DNA of 64,000 nt from Actinomycetales bacterium. GTDB taxonomy: Bacteria > Actinomycetota > Actinomycetes > Actinomycetales > Dermatophilaceae. The stretch lies in NCBI GenBank assembly GCA_038210185.1, contig JBBQWX010000002.1, positions 10,705-74,704 on the forward strand, written 5' to 3'. Of this stretch, positions 1 through 11,436 are shown piece after piece. A program made the position numbers and the translations under genes. Numbering within the stretch: the stretch's first letter is position 1; each line of letters begins with the position of its first letter. Below the pieces are notes generated by a model. The model saw nothing but the letters and a program-made list of their open reading frames with translations. It made no database searches and was not told the DNA's origin.

Positions 1-1
1 A

Positions 2-2083
2 GTGCTGGGAGTACGTGGCCCGGGTCTGGCGAAGGTACTTCGCGACGGTGCGGAGCACCACGACCTGCCGCCAGGTCAGCTGGGCCGCCAGCACGAGCCG
101 GTTGAAACCGTCGCTCTCGGCGTGGCCGTCCCAGACGGCCGCCACGGCGCCCTCGAACAGGTCACGGAGCCGGTCGGCGGGGAACTCCTCCCACATGGCG
201 GCGTCGGGTACCCGCAGCCCGAAGTCGTAGACGTGCAGATGGGTGCCGTCGGCGCGAGCGACCTCGTAGGGCTGCTCGTCGACGACCTCGACGCCCATGT
301 GGGTGAAGATCGGCAGGATGTCGGTGAGGCTGAGTGGGTCGACGCGGAACAGCTTGAAACGGCGCACGTCGTCGTGGGCGTCGGCAGGGCGGTAGAGCAC
401 GACGCTCGTGCCGGTGCCGGCCCCGAGCCGGTCGAGGTGGCTGAGGTCGGCCACGCCCTGGTTGACGCTGAACGTCTCCTCGTAGGCGGTCGGGAAGGCG
501 CGTCCGAACCGGTCCATGAGCCGGTCGCCCGCTTCCTCGCCGTGGGCAGCACGCAGCGCGTCGCCGAGCCGGTCGCTCCACGTGCGACTGACCTCGACGA
601 GGCGGTGCTCGAGGGCGTCCTCCTCGGCGCGGCCGAGGGTGCGCACCCGCTGACCCTTGGGCAGGCGCACGACGAACTGCAGCCTGGACAGGGCCGACTC
701 GCTGACCCGCGCCGAGAACTCCACCGACTCGCCACCGAAGGTGTCCTTGAGGATGTCGGCCATCCGCAGCCGAACAGTGGTGTTGTAACGGTCGCGCGGA
801 ATGTAGACCAGGCACGACACGAAGCGGCCGAAGTCGTCCTCGCGGATGAACAGCTTGGTGCGGCGGCGCTCCTGCAGCTGGGTCACCGCTATCGACGTCT
901 CGTAGAGCTGCTCGACGCTGGCCTGGATCAGCTCGTCGCGCGGGTAGCTCTCGAGCACCCCGAGCAGGTCCTTGCCGGTGTGGCTGTCGGGAGCCACCCC
1001 CGACCGCTCGAGCACGGCGTGCACCTTCTCGGCCACCAGTGGCACCCGCATCACCGACTCGGTGTAGGCCGTCGACGCATACAGACCGAGGAACCGGCGC
1101 TCGCCGACCACCCGGCCCTGCTCGTCGTACTGCTTGACCCCGACGTAGTCCAGGTGGGTGACCCGGTGCACGGTGGAGCGGGTGTTGGCCTTGGTGAGCA
1201 CCAGGATGTTGGGCTCGTGCGCCTTCGCGGACGCCTGTGGGGTCAGCAGGGCGGGGTCCTGGCCGAGCGGCGGGTCCGAGCGCAGCAGCCCCAGCCCGGA
1301 CCCGGTGACCGGGGAGATGAACTCACCCTCGGCGGTCTGGCGCAGGGTGTAGTCCCGCAAGCCGAGGAATGTGAAGTGGTCATCGGCCATCCAGCGAAGG
1401 AAGCGGATGGCCAGCGCGGTCTCGTCGGCATCCACACTCTGCGGCGGCGACCCTTCGAGCTCGGCGGCCAGCACGAGGCACCTGCTGCGCATCTTCGGCC
1501 AGTCCTCGACGGACTGCCGTACGTCCTCGAGCACCAGGCGCACCGTGCGCTCGAGCTCGGCACGGCGGTCCTCGTCGCTCTCGCGGTCGATCGACAGCAG
1601 CATCCACGACTCGGCCAGCTCGCCCACCGCGACCTTGACCTTCCTGCCGGTGACGTCGCGGGCGACGACCTGCTCGAGCTCACCCGCGGCGTCGCGGCTG
1701 ACCACGAGCTGGGGGTGCACGATGAGGTGGATGTCGATGCCGGCGTTGACCAGGGCGCCGGTGACCGAGTCGACGAGGAAGGGCATGTCGTCGGTGACGA
1801 TCTGGATGATCGTGCGGGCGTTGGACCAGCCGTCGATGTCGGTGCTCGGGTTGTAGACCCGCACGTTGGCCACGCCGGGCAGCCGGTGCTGGGCGAGCTC
1901 GAGGTGGCTCGCGGCCGCGCCCGCGTAGATGTCCGGGGTCCGCGAGGTGAGCTCGTCCAGAGGCACGTGACGGAAGTAGCGTGCGACGAACTCGGCTCCC
2001 TCGCCGTCCGGCGCGGCCGCCTCGAACGCTGCAGTGATCGGCTCGAGCACGTCCTCGCGGGTGCGAACCTCAGGGGTCGACAT
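2..2083 (-). CDS. gdhB: Large NAD-specific glutamate dehydrogenase, N-terminal part (runs off left edge)
   Basis: Own translation from ATG at 2083 (GGAG upstream): MSTPEVRT...IQIVTDDMPFLVDSV...DDHFTFLG...TKANTRSTVHR...RRFLGLY...YPRDEL, typical of bacterial large GDH. It is absent from the ORF track because its stop lies outside the window. Confidence 0.93.
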   Translation of the reverse strand, partial: MSTPEVRTREDVLEPITAAFEAAAPDGEGAEFVARYFRHVPLDELTSRTPDIYAGAAASHLELAQHRLPGVANVRVYNPSTDIDGWSNARTIIQIVTDDMPFLVDSVTGALVNAGIDIHLIVHPQLVVSRDAAGELEQVVARDVTGRKVKVAVGELAESWMLLSIDRESDEDRRAELERTVRLVLEDVRQSVEDWPKMRSRCLVLAAELEGSPPQSVDADETALAIRFLRWMADDHFTFLGLRDYTLRQTAEGEFISPVTGSGLGLLRSDPPLGQDPALLTPQASAKAHEPNILVLTKANTRSTVHRVTHLDYVGVKQYDEQGRVVGERRFLGLYASTAYTESVMRVPLVAEKVHAVLERSGVAPDSHTGKDLLGVLESYPRDELIQASVEQLYETSIAVTQLQERRRTKLFIREDDFGRFVSCLVYIPRDRYNTTVRLRMADILKDTFGGESVEFSARVSESALSRLQFVVRLPKGQRVRTLGRAEEDALEHRLVEVSRTWSDRLGDALRAAHGEEAGDRLMDRFGRAFPTAYEETFSVNQGVADLSHLDRLGAGTGTSVVLYRPADAHDDVRRFKLFRVDPLSLTDILPIFTHMGVEVVDEQPYEVARADGTHLHVYDFGLRVPDAAMWEEFPADRLRDLFEGAVAAVWDGHAESDGFNRLVLAAQLTWRQVVVLRTVAKYLRQTRATYSQH

Positions 2084-2263
2084 GGTGCGGTGACACTCCT
2101 TCGTCGCTTCTCACCGGGTGCGGTGGGGCACGTCATCGTGTCCTTGGCCGAGCCTATCCACTCCCGGAGGATCTGCCGGGGGACGAAGCCCGCCATGTCT
2201 CGCGGACGGGACACCCGCGGGGGGGGCGGCGGTGCTCAGCCCGAGCCGATCCGACCGGCGAGC

Positions 2264-2434
2264 ATGCTGGTGACGATGACGGAGGTGATGGTCGGCGGCC
2301 TCCCGTGGGCCCACATCGACATCGCCGGCACGGGCCAGGCTGAGGCGAGCACCCGCTGGATCCCCAAGGGCCCCACGGCCTTCGGCTCACGACTGCTCGT
2401 GGAGCTCGCTGAGCACTTCGAGCCCGCCACCTGA
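2264..2434 (+). pseudogene. Remnant of M17 leucyl aminopeptidase (only last ~45 residues)
   Basis: GGLPWAHIDIAG...KGPTAFGSRLLVELAE matches the M17 C-terminal WAHLDIAG...G.G.RLL signature; the catalytic core is absent. Confidence 0.75.
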
Positions 2435-2482
2435 CCTGCGCGGAGTGAGGGCCGCCGACGAGGATCTCCGGCCGGGCTCCTC

Positions 2483-3904
2483 CTACTCGGCGATGACGTC
2501 GAGGGTGTGCACTGTCGGGTCGGCGGCATAGGCGATCCGACTGCCGGCCGCTCGGGCGGCCTGCAGCGCCTCCACTGCCTCGAGGGTGACCTCCTCCCCC
2601 GGCGCCAGCACCGGGATGCCGGGTGGGTAGGGCGCGACCAGCTCGGCGCTGACCCTGCCCACCGCCTGCGCGACGGCCACACTCTCGCGAGGTGCGAAGA
2701 ACGCCTCGCGCGGGCTCGTCACGGTGATCGGGTCGACCGCCCACATTCCCGAGGTGACGACCGCACGGGGGCGCCCACGGTGCCGGTCGACGGACTCGGC
2801 CAGCGCGATCGCGAGGTCGACCAGCCCCTCGTGCGTGTCGGCGAGGGTCACCATCGCGACGACGGTGTCGCGATCGGCCATCTCGACCGGCATCCTGCGG
2901 GCGAGCAGGTCGGCCTCCACGGCGTTGCCGTCGGCACCGGTGCCGGGCAGCACCAGGGTGAGCCTCATCGGGTCGACCCCCGGGCCGTCGAGCGCCACAA
3001 GGCCGGGCACGCGCGCCAGGCGCTTCCGCACCGTCGCCACGGCCTCGATCACCGGGCCGAGCAGGGCGGCACCGTCACGAGCGAGCAGGGCCCGGGCGGC
3101 GTCGATGCTCGCGAGGATCGCGCCGGACGGGCTGGTCGTGGCCGTGGCCTCGACCGCCGCGTCGAACCTGGCCCGGCCGAGGCGCCGGCTGCGGGCCAGC
3201 ACCAGAGCCCCCTGCGACCAGGCCGGCAGCGCCTTGTGCGCACTGGTCACCAGGGCGTCGGCGCCTGCTGCCAGTGCGTGGGGCGGCAGCGACGGGTGGA
3301 ACCCCAGGTGCGCACCCCACGCGGCGTCGACAACGAGCGGGATGCCGTGCCGGTGCGCCACCGTGGCCAGCCCTGCCACGTCGCCGACCGTGCCCACGTA
3401 GGACGGGTCGCCGACGAAGACCGCGTGGGCGTCGGGCGCGGCCGCCAGGGCGGCCTCGAGGGCCGTGGGGGTGACCCCGGTGGGCAGGCCGTGGCCCGGG
3501 TCGACCTCCGGGCGCAGCCACACCGGCTCCAGACCCGCGAGCACCAGCCCGAGCAGCATCGAGCGGTGCAGGGTACGAGCCACGACCACTCGGTCTCCCG
3601 GGGCCGCGACGGCCAGGGCCAGTGCCTGGTTGCCGTGCGTGGAGCCCCCCACCGAGAAGCGGCACAGGTCGGCGCCCCAGAGCCTGGCGGCTCGCAGCTC
3701 GGCCTCGGCGAGCACCCCCCGCGCCAGCTTCATCGTGTCGAGGCCGGCGTAGAGCGGCACGTCCCCGGCGACGACGTCGCCGACGAGGTCGTGGCGCTGC
3801 TTGTGTCCGGGGATCGTGAACGGGGACGACGCCTCCTCCTGGAAGCGCAGCCAGGCGTCGAGCAGCGGCGCGTCGCCGCGCAGGCGCCGGGGGTCAGTGG
3901 GCAT
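2483..3904 (-). CDS. Orn/Lys/Arg decarboxylase family PLP enzyme
   Basis: FTIPGHK, GGSTHGN, DAAWGAH, TSAHK (PLP lysine), TTSPS and C-terminal PYPPGIP motifs. Confidence 0.9.
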   Translation of the reverse strand: MPTDPRRLRGDAPLLDAWLRFQEEASSPFTIPGHKQRHDLVGDVVAGDVPLYAGLDTMKLARGVLAEAELRAARLWGADLCRFSVGGSTHGNQALALAVAAPGDRVVVARTLHRSMLLGLVLAGLEPVWLRPEVDPGHGLPTGVTPTALEAALAAAPDAHAVFVGDPSYVGTVGDVAGLATVAHRHGIPLVVDAAWGAHLGFHPSLPPHALAAGADALVTSAHKALPAWSQGALVLARSRRLGRARFDAAVEATATTSPSGAILASIDAARALLARDGAALLGPVIEAVATVRKRLARVPGLVALDGPGVDPMRLTLVLPGTGADGNAVEADLLARRMPVEMADRDTVVAMVTLADTHEGLVDLAIALAESVDRHRGRPRAVVTSGMWAVDPITVTSPREAFFAPRESVAVAQAVGRVSAELVAPYPPGIPVLAPGEEVTLEAVEALQAARAAGSRIAYAADPTVHTLDVIAE

Positions 3905-4130
3905 GCTCGGCCACCCAGCCCTCGACCACGGGGGTGAACGGCGACGGCATCCCCTCGACGCCGACGGTGTCGAGGTGACCGGTCAGCACCACGGTGGGGC
4001 CTGAGGGTGCCCCCGGGCCGATGGCGACCAGCTCTGCGGCGAGGGCTGTCGCGGCGGCACGAAGCACCTCGTCGCGAGGCGCGTCGGAGCCGACGTCCAG
4101 CAGGGCGTGGGGGCGGTCGTCGATGGCCAC
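3894..4130 (-). pseudogene. Collapsed M20/ArgE-family metallopeptidase remnant
   Basis: 78 aa retaining ELVAI and PTVVLTGHLDTVGVEGM..PF but lacking the following GRG/D/EE metal ligands; its stop overlaps the decarboxylase start. Confidence 0.7.
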
Positions 4131-4173
4131 CCGGCGACCCTACGCCGCGACTGGCGAGCCCTGCAGGTTCGGT

Positions 4174-4299
4174 CCGGTGTACCCACAGTGACCTATTGGT
4201 CGATCTCGGTACGGGCCGGTGTACCCACAGTGACCTATTGGTCGATCTCGGTACGGGCCGGTGTACCGGGAGTGACCTAATGGTCGATCTCGGTACGGC
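4174..4299. repeat. Tandem repeat, 3 x 42 bp, no spacers, containing a GACC-TATT-GGTC mini-hairpin
   Basis: CCGGTGTACCCACAGTGACCTATTGGTCGATCTCGGTACGGG starts at 4174, 4216 and 4258 (third copy slightly diverged). Confidence 0.95.
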
Positions 4300-4366
4300 T
4301 GCGCCTGCGGATCGGGGCTGTGGGTAACCCGGCCGTCCCGTCGCCCGGAGTCCCTAGAGTGGGCGG

Positions 4367-4657
4367 GTGCCCCTCGGACCCGACCCGGAGCGTGCCCGCA
4401 CCGCCCTCGCGGAGCTCGACACCCTGCGCGACACCGTGACCGTGGCCGAGGACGACGTGCTCGCCTGCCTCGTCGTCACCGGCGAGCCCGGGCCGCAGCG
4501 CGTGCTTGACGACTGGCTCGACCAGGTGGCCGACACGCTGCGGGCCCTCGGCGAGACGGCCGCCGACCTGTCCCCCGTGCTGGCGCGGTACACGGTGACC
4601 GGCCCGCCCGCGCCGACGCCGGTCGAGCGCCCGATCGACGCACCGAGGATGCCGTGA
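4367..4657 (+). CDS. Small helical hypothetical protein, possible WXG100-like partner
   Basis: 96 aa, central Trp (DDWLDQ), TAGAGT -10 six nt before GTG (leaderless), GTGA overlap with the next gene. Confidence 0.6.
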   Translation: MPLGPDPERARTALAELDTLRDTVTVAEDDVLACLVVTGEPGPQRVLDDWLDQVADTLRALGETAADLSPVLARYTVTGPPAPTPVERPIDAPRMP

Positions 4658-5175
4658 GCGTCGTGCCGGGTGACCCGGCATCCCTCTCGGCGTGCGCGAG
4701 CACGGCGCGCTCGGTGGCGCAGCGGCTGGGCGCGCACTCGACCCGCGTGCGCACGGCATCCGATGGCGTGGGCGATGGCTGGACCGGCCGCACCTCGACG
4801 GCCACCCGTCGGCGCGCTGCCCTGCTCGCGGAGTCGGCGGAGGCCACGGCGGCCCAGCTCGACCTGGTCGGCCGGGTGCTTCAGGACCACGCGACCGACC
4901 TCGCCGACCTCGTGGCGCGAGCCCGGACGCTCGAGGAGCGGGCCCGGGCCTCCGGGCTGGACGTGCGAGACGGGCGGGTCGAGATCGGCTGGGGCGTCAC
5001 CGGCACGGCCGACGCGGGCGCCGACCGGGCCCGCGAGCAGGCGCGCGCGGCGCTGCAGGCCGAGCTCGACCTCGTGCTGGCCCAGCACCGGCGGCGTCGC
5101 GACTGGGTGCTGGGCGAGCTGCGCACCTCGAGGACCACCCTGGCCGACCTCTCCCACCGGTTGCGCGGCGGGTGA
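4654..5175 (+). CDS. WXG100-like domain protein
   Basis: N-terminal VPGDPASL and W-T-G at about residue 43 flanked by Ala-rich amphipathic helices. Confidence 0.6.
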   Translation: MSVVPGDPASLSACASTARSVAQRLGAHSTRVRTASDGVGDGWTGRTSTATRRRAALLAESAEATAAQLDLVGRVLQDHATDLADLVARARTLEERARASGLDVRDGRVEIGWGVTGTADAGADRAREQARAALQAELDLVLAQHRRRRDWVLGELRTSRTTLADLSHRLRGG

Positions 5176-5211
5176 GAGGATCGCGTCACCGACCGAGCGA
5201 GAGGACGCCCA

Positions 5212-5706
5212 GTGCGACTGACGACGCGTGAGAAACTGAGCGGGAGCGTGGACGAGGTCCACGCCCTGCTCATCGACCCGGCCTTCCAGGAGGCCAAGTG
5301 CGCCGCAACGACGAACAACGGCGTCTACACCGTCGAGGTCGGCGGCGGCATCGACGGGCACCGGGTGCGCACCGAGCGGCAGCTCCCGTCCGACGGGCTT
5401 GCCGACATGGCGCGCTCGTTCGTCGGCGAGCACCTCACCGTCATCGAGGTGCTCGACTGGAGCGGGATGGGGCCCGACGGCTCGCGGGCCTCGATGTTCG
5501 ACATCCACATTAAGGGCGCGCCGCTCACGGTCAAGGGCACGGTGCGGCTCGAGCCCCACGGCGACGAGACCCTCGAGCTCATCGAGGCCGACCTCAAGGC
5601 GAACGTGCCGCTCATCGGCAGCAAGCTCGAGCGGGCGGCGGCCGACCCCATCAACGCGGCGATCCGCATCGAGATCGAGCTGATCCGGTCGTGGCTCGCC
5701 CGCTGA
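5212..5706 (+). CDS. DUF2505 (SRPBCC/START-like) protein
   Basis: 164 aa; VPLIGSKLE..AA pattern and size typical of DUF2505. Confidence 0.8.
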   Translation: MRLTTREKLSGSVDEVHALLIDPAFQEAKCAATTNNGVYTVEVGGGIDGHRVRTERQLPSDGLADMARSFVGEHLTVIEVLDWSGMGPDGSRASMFDIHIKGAPLTVKGTVRLEPHGDETLELIEADLKANVPLIGSKLERAAADPINAAIRIEIELIRSWLAR

Positions 5707-5731
5707 CCCCACCCGCGACCTCGTGCGAGGC

Positions 5732-7360
<1,629 letters not shown>

Positions 7361-7468
7361 GCGGTGAGGCTCCTCGGTTCCGGTCGCGACGTCGGGATCA
7401 CCCCCACTCTTGCGCCCCGCCTTCGCGAGATGCAAGCCGCGGCTGCGGGGCCCGCTCGGATGGAGCGG

Positions 7469-7900
7469 TCAGGGCCGGGCGACGATCGCTCGCACGTCGG
7501 CGAGCTCGGTGACGTCGTACCAGAGGAGGTCGGTCGGCTCGCAGCAGCCGGGGTCCTCGTCGACGTGGAACGAGACGATCCGGCGCCGCTCGACCGGCGC
7601 CGAGACCTCGACCCGTGACGGCACGTCGGGATCGGCCGGGAACGCGACGGCGGTCGCGTCGACGTCCGCCGCCGCGATGACCCGACGGCGGGGCGCGGCC
7701 CCGGGCGGTGCGATGGCCTCCTCGGTGGCCGCGACCCACGCCGCGTGCTCGAGCTCCTCCTCGTCGGTGACCAGCCCCGGCTTGCCCAGCGCCGGGGTCA
7801 CGGCGTGGGCCGGCCGCGGGATAGGGCGAAGAGCCATGCCATCGGCCAGTGCCCTGAGGTCGGCAGGGGTGATCGGGAGGTAGACCCGGGTGAGCGGCAT
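7469..7900 (-). CDS. Conserved actinobacterial hypothetical protein (DUF6912-like)
   Basis: RVYLP...HAVTPAL...DEEELEHAA...RRVIAAAD...SFHVDE...LLWYDVTEL; GGAGCAGGT RBS. Confidence 0.75.
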   Translation of the reverse strand: MPLTRVYLPITPADLRALADGMALRPIPRPAHAVTPALGKPGLVTDEEELEHAAWVAATEEAIAPPGAAPRRRVIAAADVDATAVAFPADPDVPSRVEVSAPVERRRIVSFHVDEDPGCCEPTDLLWYDVTELADVRAIVARP

Positions 7901-7946
7901 ACCTGCTCCTCTCTGTGGTCGATGAAGCCGGTCCTGGTGACCGTGG

Positions 7947-9377
7947 TCAGCGGGAGCCGACGCGCGGGGCGTCGAGCAGCTCGTGCAGGGCATCGACGAC
8001 GCCGCGGCCGAGCACGTCGGCGTCGGGCATGGCGTCGCGGTCTGCGTACAGACCGTAGTAGACGCCGCCGTCGTAGGAGGTCAGCCCGATCGAGAGGGCC
8101 TGCTCGCGGCCGAGCGGCGTCACCGGGTAGGTCGAGACCATCCTGGCGCCCGCCGCGTAGAGCGGTGTCTGCGGGCCGGGGACGTTGGTGATGACGACGT
8201 TGTAGAGGCGGCGCGACACCATGCCGCCGAGCCGGGCACCGAGGGCGTGCATCGTCGGCGGGGCGAACCCGCCCAGGCCCGACAGGGTGTCGGCCGACAC
8301 CGCCCGACTGGAGCCGCCCTCCATCTGCTGGCGCATCGAGAAGGCGATCTGGTGCAGGCGCATCGACGGTGCCGGCTCCCCCACGGGCAGGTCGACGAAG
8401 CACGCCGTGACCTGGGACCCCGTCGGCGGGTCGTTGCCGTCGTGCACTGACACGGGCACCATCGCGCGGATCGTCGTGCCGGGGTAGACCGACTCTCCGC
8501 GGGTGAGCAGCCACGACCGGAACGCCCCGGCGATGGTGGCGAGGATGACGTCGTTGACGGTCACCTCGTCGGCGAAGGAGCCGCGGCCCAGGCGAGTGCG
8601 AACCTTGCGGTAGTCCTCGAGGTCGGTGCCGATCATCACGTAGCGCCGGGCCCGGCCGACCGGCGCGTTGAGCGGCGACTCCGGCGCGGGCCGGGCCGAG
8701 AACCGGGCCAGCGTGGAGATGACGCCACCGGCAACCGAGGCCACCTTGCCGAAGGCCTTGGTGACGTCGGCGACCCCGTGCTGCACGGTCTCGACCACCT
8801 GGCTCGGGGTGCGCGCCGCCTCGCTGAGTGCAGCGACGACGAGCTCGGCCCCGCTGGGCTCGGCGCGGGCGCGCCAGGTCGTGAGCACGCCCTCGCTGGC
8901 CGTGGGGTTGCCGTCGACGAGCACGTTGCCGATGTCGACGGAGCTGACGCCGTCGACCAGGCTGTGGTGGGTCTTGGTGATGATCGCGAACCGGTTCTCG
9001 GCCAGGCCCTCGACGAGGTAGACCTCCCACATCGGGCGGGAACGGTCGAGCGGGCGCGGCTGGATGCGGGCGACGAGCTCCTCGAGCTGCTCGTCCGAAC
9101 CGGGCCGCGGGAGGGCGCTACGGCGCACGTGGTAGGTCATGTCGAAGTGCGTGTCGTCGACCCACACGGGGTTCGCGAGGCTGCCGGGCACCATCTTGAT
9201 CCGCTGTCGGTAGCGGGGAACATGGGCGATGCGCTGGCTGATCAGCGTCACGAGGCTCTCGTAGTCGAACCCTCCAGACGGGGCGTTGAAGACCATGACC
9301 GAGCCCACGTGCATCGGCGTCGCCGCGTCCTCGAGGTTCAGGAAGGAGGTGTCGAGGGAGCTGAGCCGTTCTGCCAC
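7947..9377 (-). CDS. Wax ester synthase/diacylglycerol acyltransferase (WS/DGAT)
   Basis: ERLSSLD..FL, PMHVG, PLDRSRPMWE, catalytic HHSLVDG, NVVITNVPGPQ. Confidence 0.95.
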   Translation of the reverse strand: MAERLSSLDTSFLNLEDAATPMHVGSVMVFNAPSGGFDYESLVTLISQRIAHVPRYRQRIKMVPGSLANPVWVDDTHFDMTYHVRRSALPRPGSDEQLEELVARIQPRPLDRSRPMWEVYLVEGLAENRFAIITKTHHSLVDGVSSVDIGNVLVDGNPTASEGVLTTWRARAEPSGAELVVAALSEAARTPSQVVETVQHGVADVTKAFGKVASVAGGVISTLARFSARPAPESPLNAPVGRARRYVMIGTDLEDYRKVRTRLGRGSFADEVTVNDVILATIAGAFRSWLLTRGESVYPGTTIRAMVPVSVHDGNDPPTGSQVTACFVDLPVGEPAPSMRLHQIAFSMRQQMEGGSSRAVSADTLSGLGGFAPPTMHALGARLGGMVSRRLYNVVITNVPGPQTPLYAAGARMVSTYPVTPLGREQALSIGLTSYDGGVYYGLYADRDAMPDADVLGRGVVDALHELLDAPRVGSR

Positions 9378-9389
9378 GGGCCCATCGTG

Positions 9390-10760
9390 TCAGACCGTGG
9401 GCCGGGTCAGAGGAACCGGGTGACGAGGGCGCGCCCCGGCACCCTCGTTTCCTCGCTGTCCGATCCCGGATGCCGTCCGCCGCCGGCCGCCGCTGGGCGC
9501 CGACGCGCGCGGGTCGAGCTCGGCAGCGAGCTCGGCCAGAGCCGTCGTGAGCTCGGCCCTCGGAGCCACCTCGACGAGCGAGCGCCCGGCGAGCAGGGCC
9601 GCGTCGCACTCGTGCGGCGCCCACGGGAGGAAACGCACGGCATCCATGCCGGCGAACCGGGCCAGGACATCGGCGATGGCACGCTCGGGCCGGCGGCCCG
9701 CCACCGAGGCACGCACCTTGGTGACCACGACCAGGGGTCGCGGAGAGGGCAGCACGGCGACGTCCTGGACCGCGCGGACGAGGCGCTGCAACCCCACGGG
9801 GTCGGCGGCTCCGACCACGACGAGGTGGTCGGCCGCCTCGAGCGCGGTGAGGGTGGCGGCGTTGCGGCGTGGTGCGGCGGTGTCGTAGCTCAGCTCCTCG
9901 TCGTCCTCGACGGCGAAGCCGACGTCGACGACCACGTGGTCGACGACCCCTCGGGCCAGGCGCAGCACGTCCTCGACCGCCGCACTGCGCAGCTCGGGCC
10001 ACCGGTCGGCCCGCGGCAGGCCGGTGAGCACCCGCAGGCCGGGCACCACCTCGGGTGCGAGGCGGGCCAACCCCGGCATGTCGAGGGTGCCCTGCTCGGA
10101 GGCCCGGGCCGCCGCTGCCACCCCCGGCGCCTCGTCGACCAGACCCAGCACCTGCGCCACGCTCGCTCCCCAGGTGTCGAGGTCCACGAGCAGGGTGCGC
10201 ACCCCCGCGGCGGCCAGCGATGCAGCGAGGGTCACGGCGACGGTGGTGCGGCCGGGGGCGCCGGTGGGCCCCCAGACGACCGTGAGCGGGGTGAGGACCG
10301 GCGCCTCGTCGTGCTGCTCGTGGACAGCGTCACCTCCCGGCGCCGCGTGGTCGGCCGTGGACGTCGGAACCGTAGCGGGCGCGTCGTTCGAGGGCAGCGC
10401 CGTGGTGCTGGCACCGGCGAGCGCCACGAGGGCGGTCGCCACGTGGGGCGCGGCATCGCCCGGGCGCAGGATCGTCGCGACCCCGAGCTGCCGCAGGCGG
10501 CGCTCGCCCTCGTCGTCACCGGTCGCCACGAGGCCGGCCACCCGCACGCCGTGACCCGCGAGGTGCCGCAGCGCGTCGCGGTCGAGGCCGCGCAGGTCCG
10601 GGGAGACCACCGCCACCCGGGCGACCCCGACCGCCCCCGCCGAGAGCAGCTCGGCGACGTCGGCGCAGCGCCGTACCAGCGTGACGTCGGGCGCGTCCTC
10701 GAGCACCCGCACGAACTGGGACTCCAGGCCATGGGTCACCGCGGTGAGGACGCTCGTCAC
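9390..10760 (-). CDS. Receiver-like + MinD/ParA/CpaE-like P-loop protein
   Basis: N-terminal receiver-like region, deviant Walker A GPTGAPGRTT, LLVDLD, VVVDVG; GTGA overlap with the SAF gene. Confidence 0.8.
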   Translation of the reverse strand: MTSVLTAVTHGLESQFVRVLEDAPDVTLVRRCADVAELLSAGAVGVARVAVVSPDLRGLDRDALRHLAGHGVRVAGLVATGDDEGERRLRQLGVATILRPGDAAPHVATALVALAGASTTALPSNDAPATVPTSTADHAAPGGDAVHEQHDEAPVLTPLTVVWGPTGAPGRTTVAVTLAASLAAAGVRTLLVDLDTWGASVAQVLGLVDEAPGVAAAARASEQGTLDMPGLARLAPEVVPGLRVLTGLPRADRWPELRSAAVEDVLRLARGVVDHVVVDVGFAVEDDEELSYDTAAPRRNAATLTALEAADHLVVVGAADPVGLQRLVRAVQDVAVLPSPRPLVVVTKVRASVAGRRPERAIADVLARFAGMDAVRFLPWAPHECDAALLAGRSLVEVAPRAELTTALAELAAELDPRASAPSGGRRRTASGIGQRGNEGAGARPRHPVPLTRPTV

Positions 10761-11428
10761 GACGAGGCCGCCGACACTCCACCAGGCACCGGAACCAGGG
10801 TGATCCGCGCGCCGACGTCGACGTCGGCGACCACGTCTCGCACCGCGTCGCGCGGCACCATGACGTGCACCGCCCTGGTCTGGGCGGACCCGCCGAGCAC
10901 GCCGTCCTCGTCGGCCACCCGCACGACCGAGACCGCCTCGAGGGCCCGCTCGGGGCCGGCGTAGCTGGGCAGGCCCACGGCAGTGCCCTCCTTCGGGCGG
11001 TTGACGTAGACGTCGACGACCGACCCGGCCGAGATGGCTGCCGCCGAGGTGGCGTCGACGAGCAGCGCGACCTGCTGCACGTCGACCGCCGCACCCGAGC
11101 CCACCCCGGACAGCGGGATGAGCTCGCCGGGGCGCATCGCGCGCAGCGACCACGTGTCGTCGGCCAGCGGCCGATCGGCGGGGAGGTAGCCCGCCGCTCC
11201 GTCGCCGAGCAGCACGTCGACCCGCACCACGTCGGCCTCGGTGACCCGCTGGCCGGGAGCGAGCACGCTCTTCGCGGCGTACACCGGCACCCGGTCGTCG
11301 GCGCGGGCGACGACGAGGGACCCCAGGACGGTGGAGACGAGCACGAGGAGCAGCCCGACGAGCAGCCTCGAGTCGCGCCAGGACGGGGCACGCAGCCGTG
11401 ACGCGGTGGGTGCGGGTAGGTCGCTCAT
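10757..11428 (-). CDS. SAF-domain (CpaB/FlgA-like) membrane protein
   Basis: RLRAPSWRDSRLLVG, one TM segment, VYAA...LAPG.RVT..D..V.V, R...GELIP. Confidence 0.8.
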   Translation of the reverse strand: MSDLPAPTASRLRAPSWRDSRLLVGLLLVLVSTVLGSLVVARADDRVPVYAAKSVLAPGQRVTEADVVRVDVLLGDGAAGYLPADRPLADDTWSLRAMRPGELIPLSGVGSGAAVDVQQVALLVDATSAAAISAGSVVDVYVNRPKEGTAVGLPSYAGPERALEAVSVVRVADEDGVLGGSAQTRAVHVMVPRDAVRDVVADVDVGARITLVPVPGGVSAASS

Positions 11429-11436
11429 GCCGCCCG

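Noticed and set aside
2219-2226. G8 tract as a phase-variation switch
   Set aside because: Intergenic, upstream of a remnant, with no intact gene to toggle.
2-2434. 810-aa plus-strand ORF
   Set aside because: Antisense shadow of gdhB; only its last ~57 codons (M17 remnant) look meaningful.
4174-4299. Possible CRISPR array
   Set aside because: The units are contiguous with no unique spacers, and there are no cas genes.
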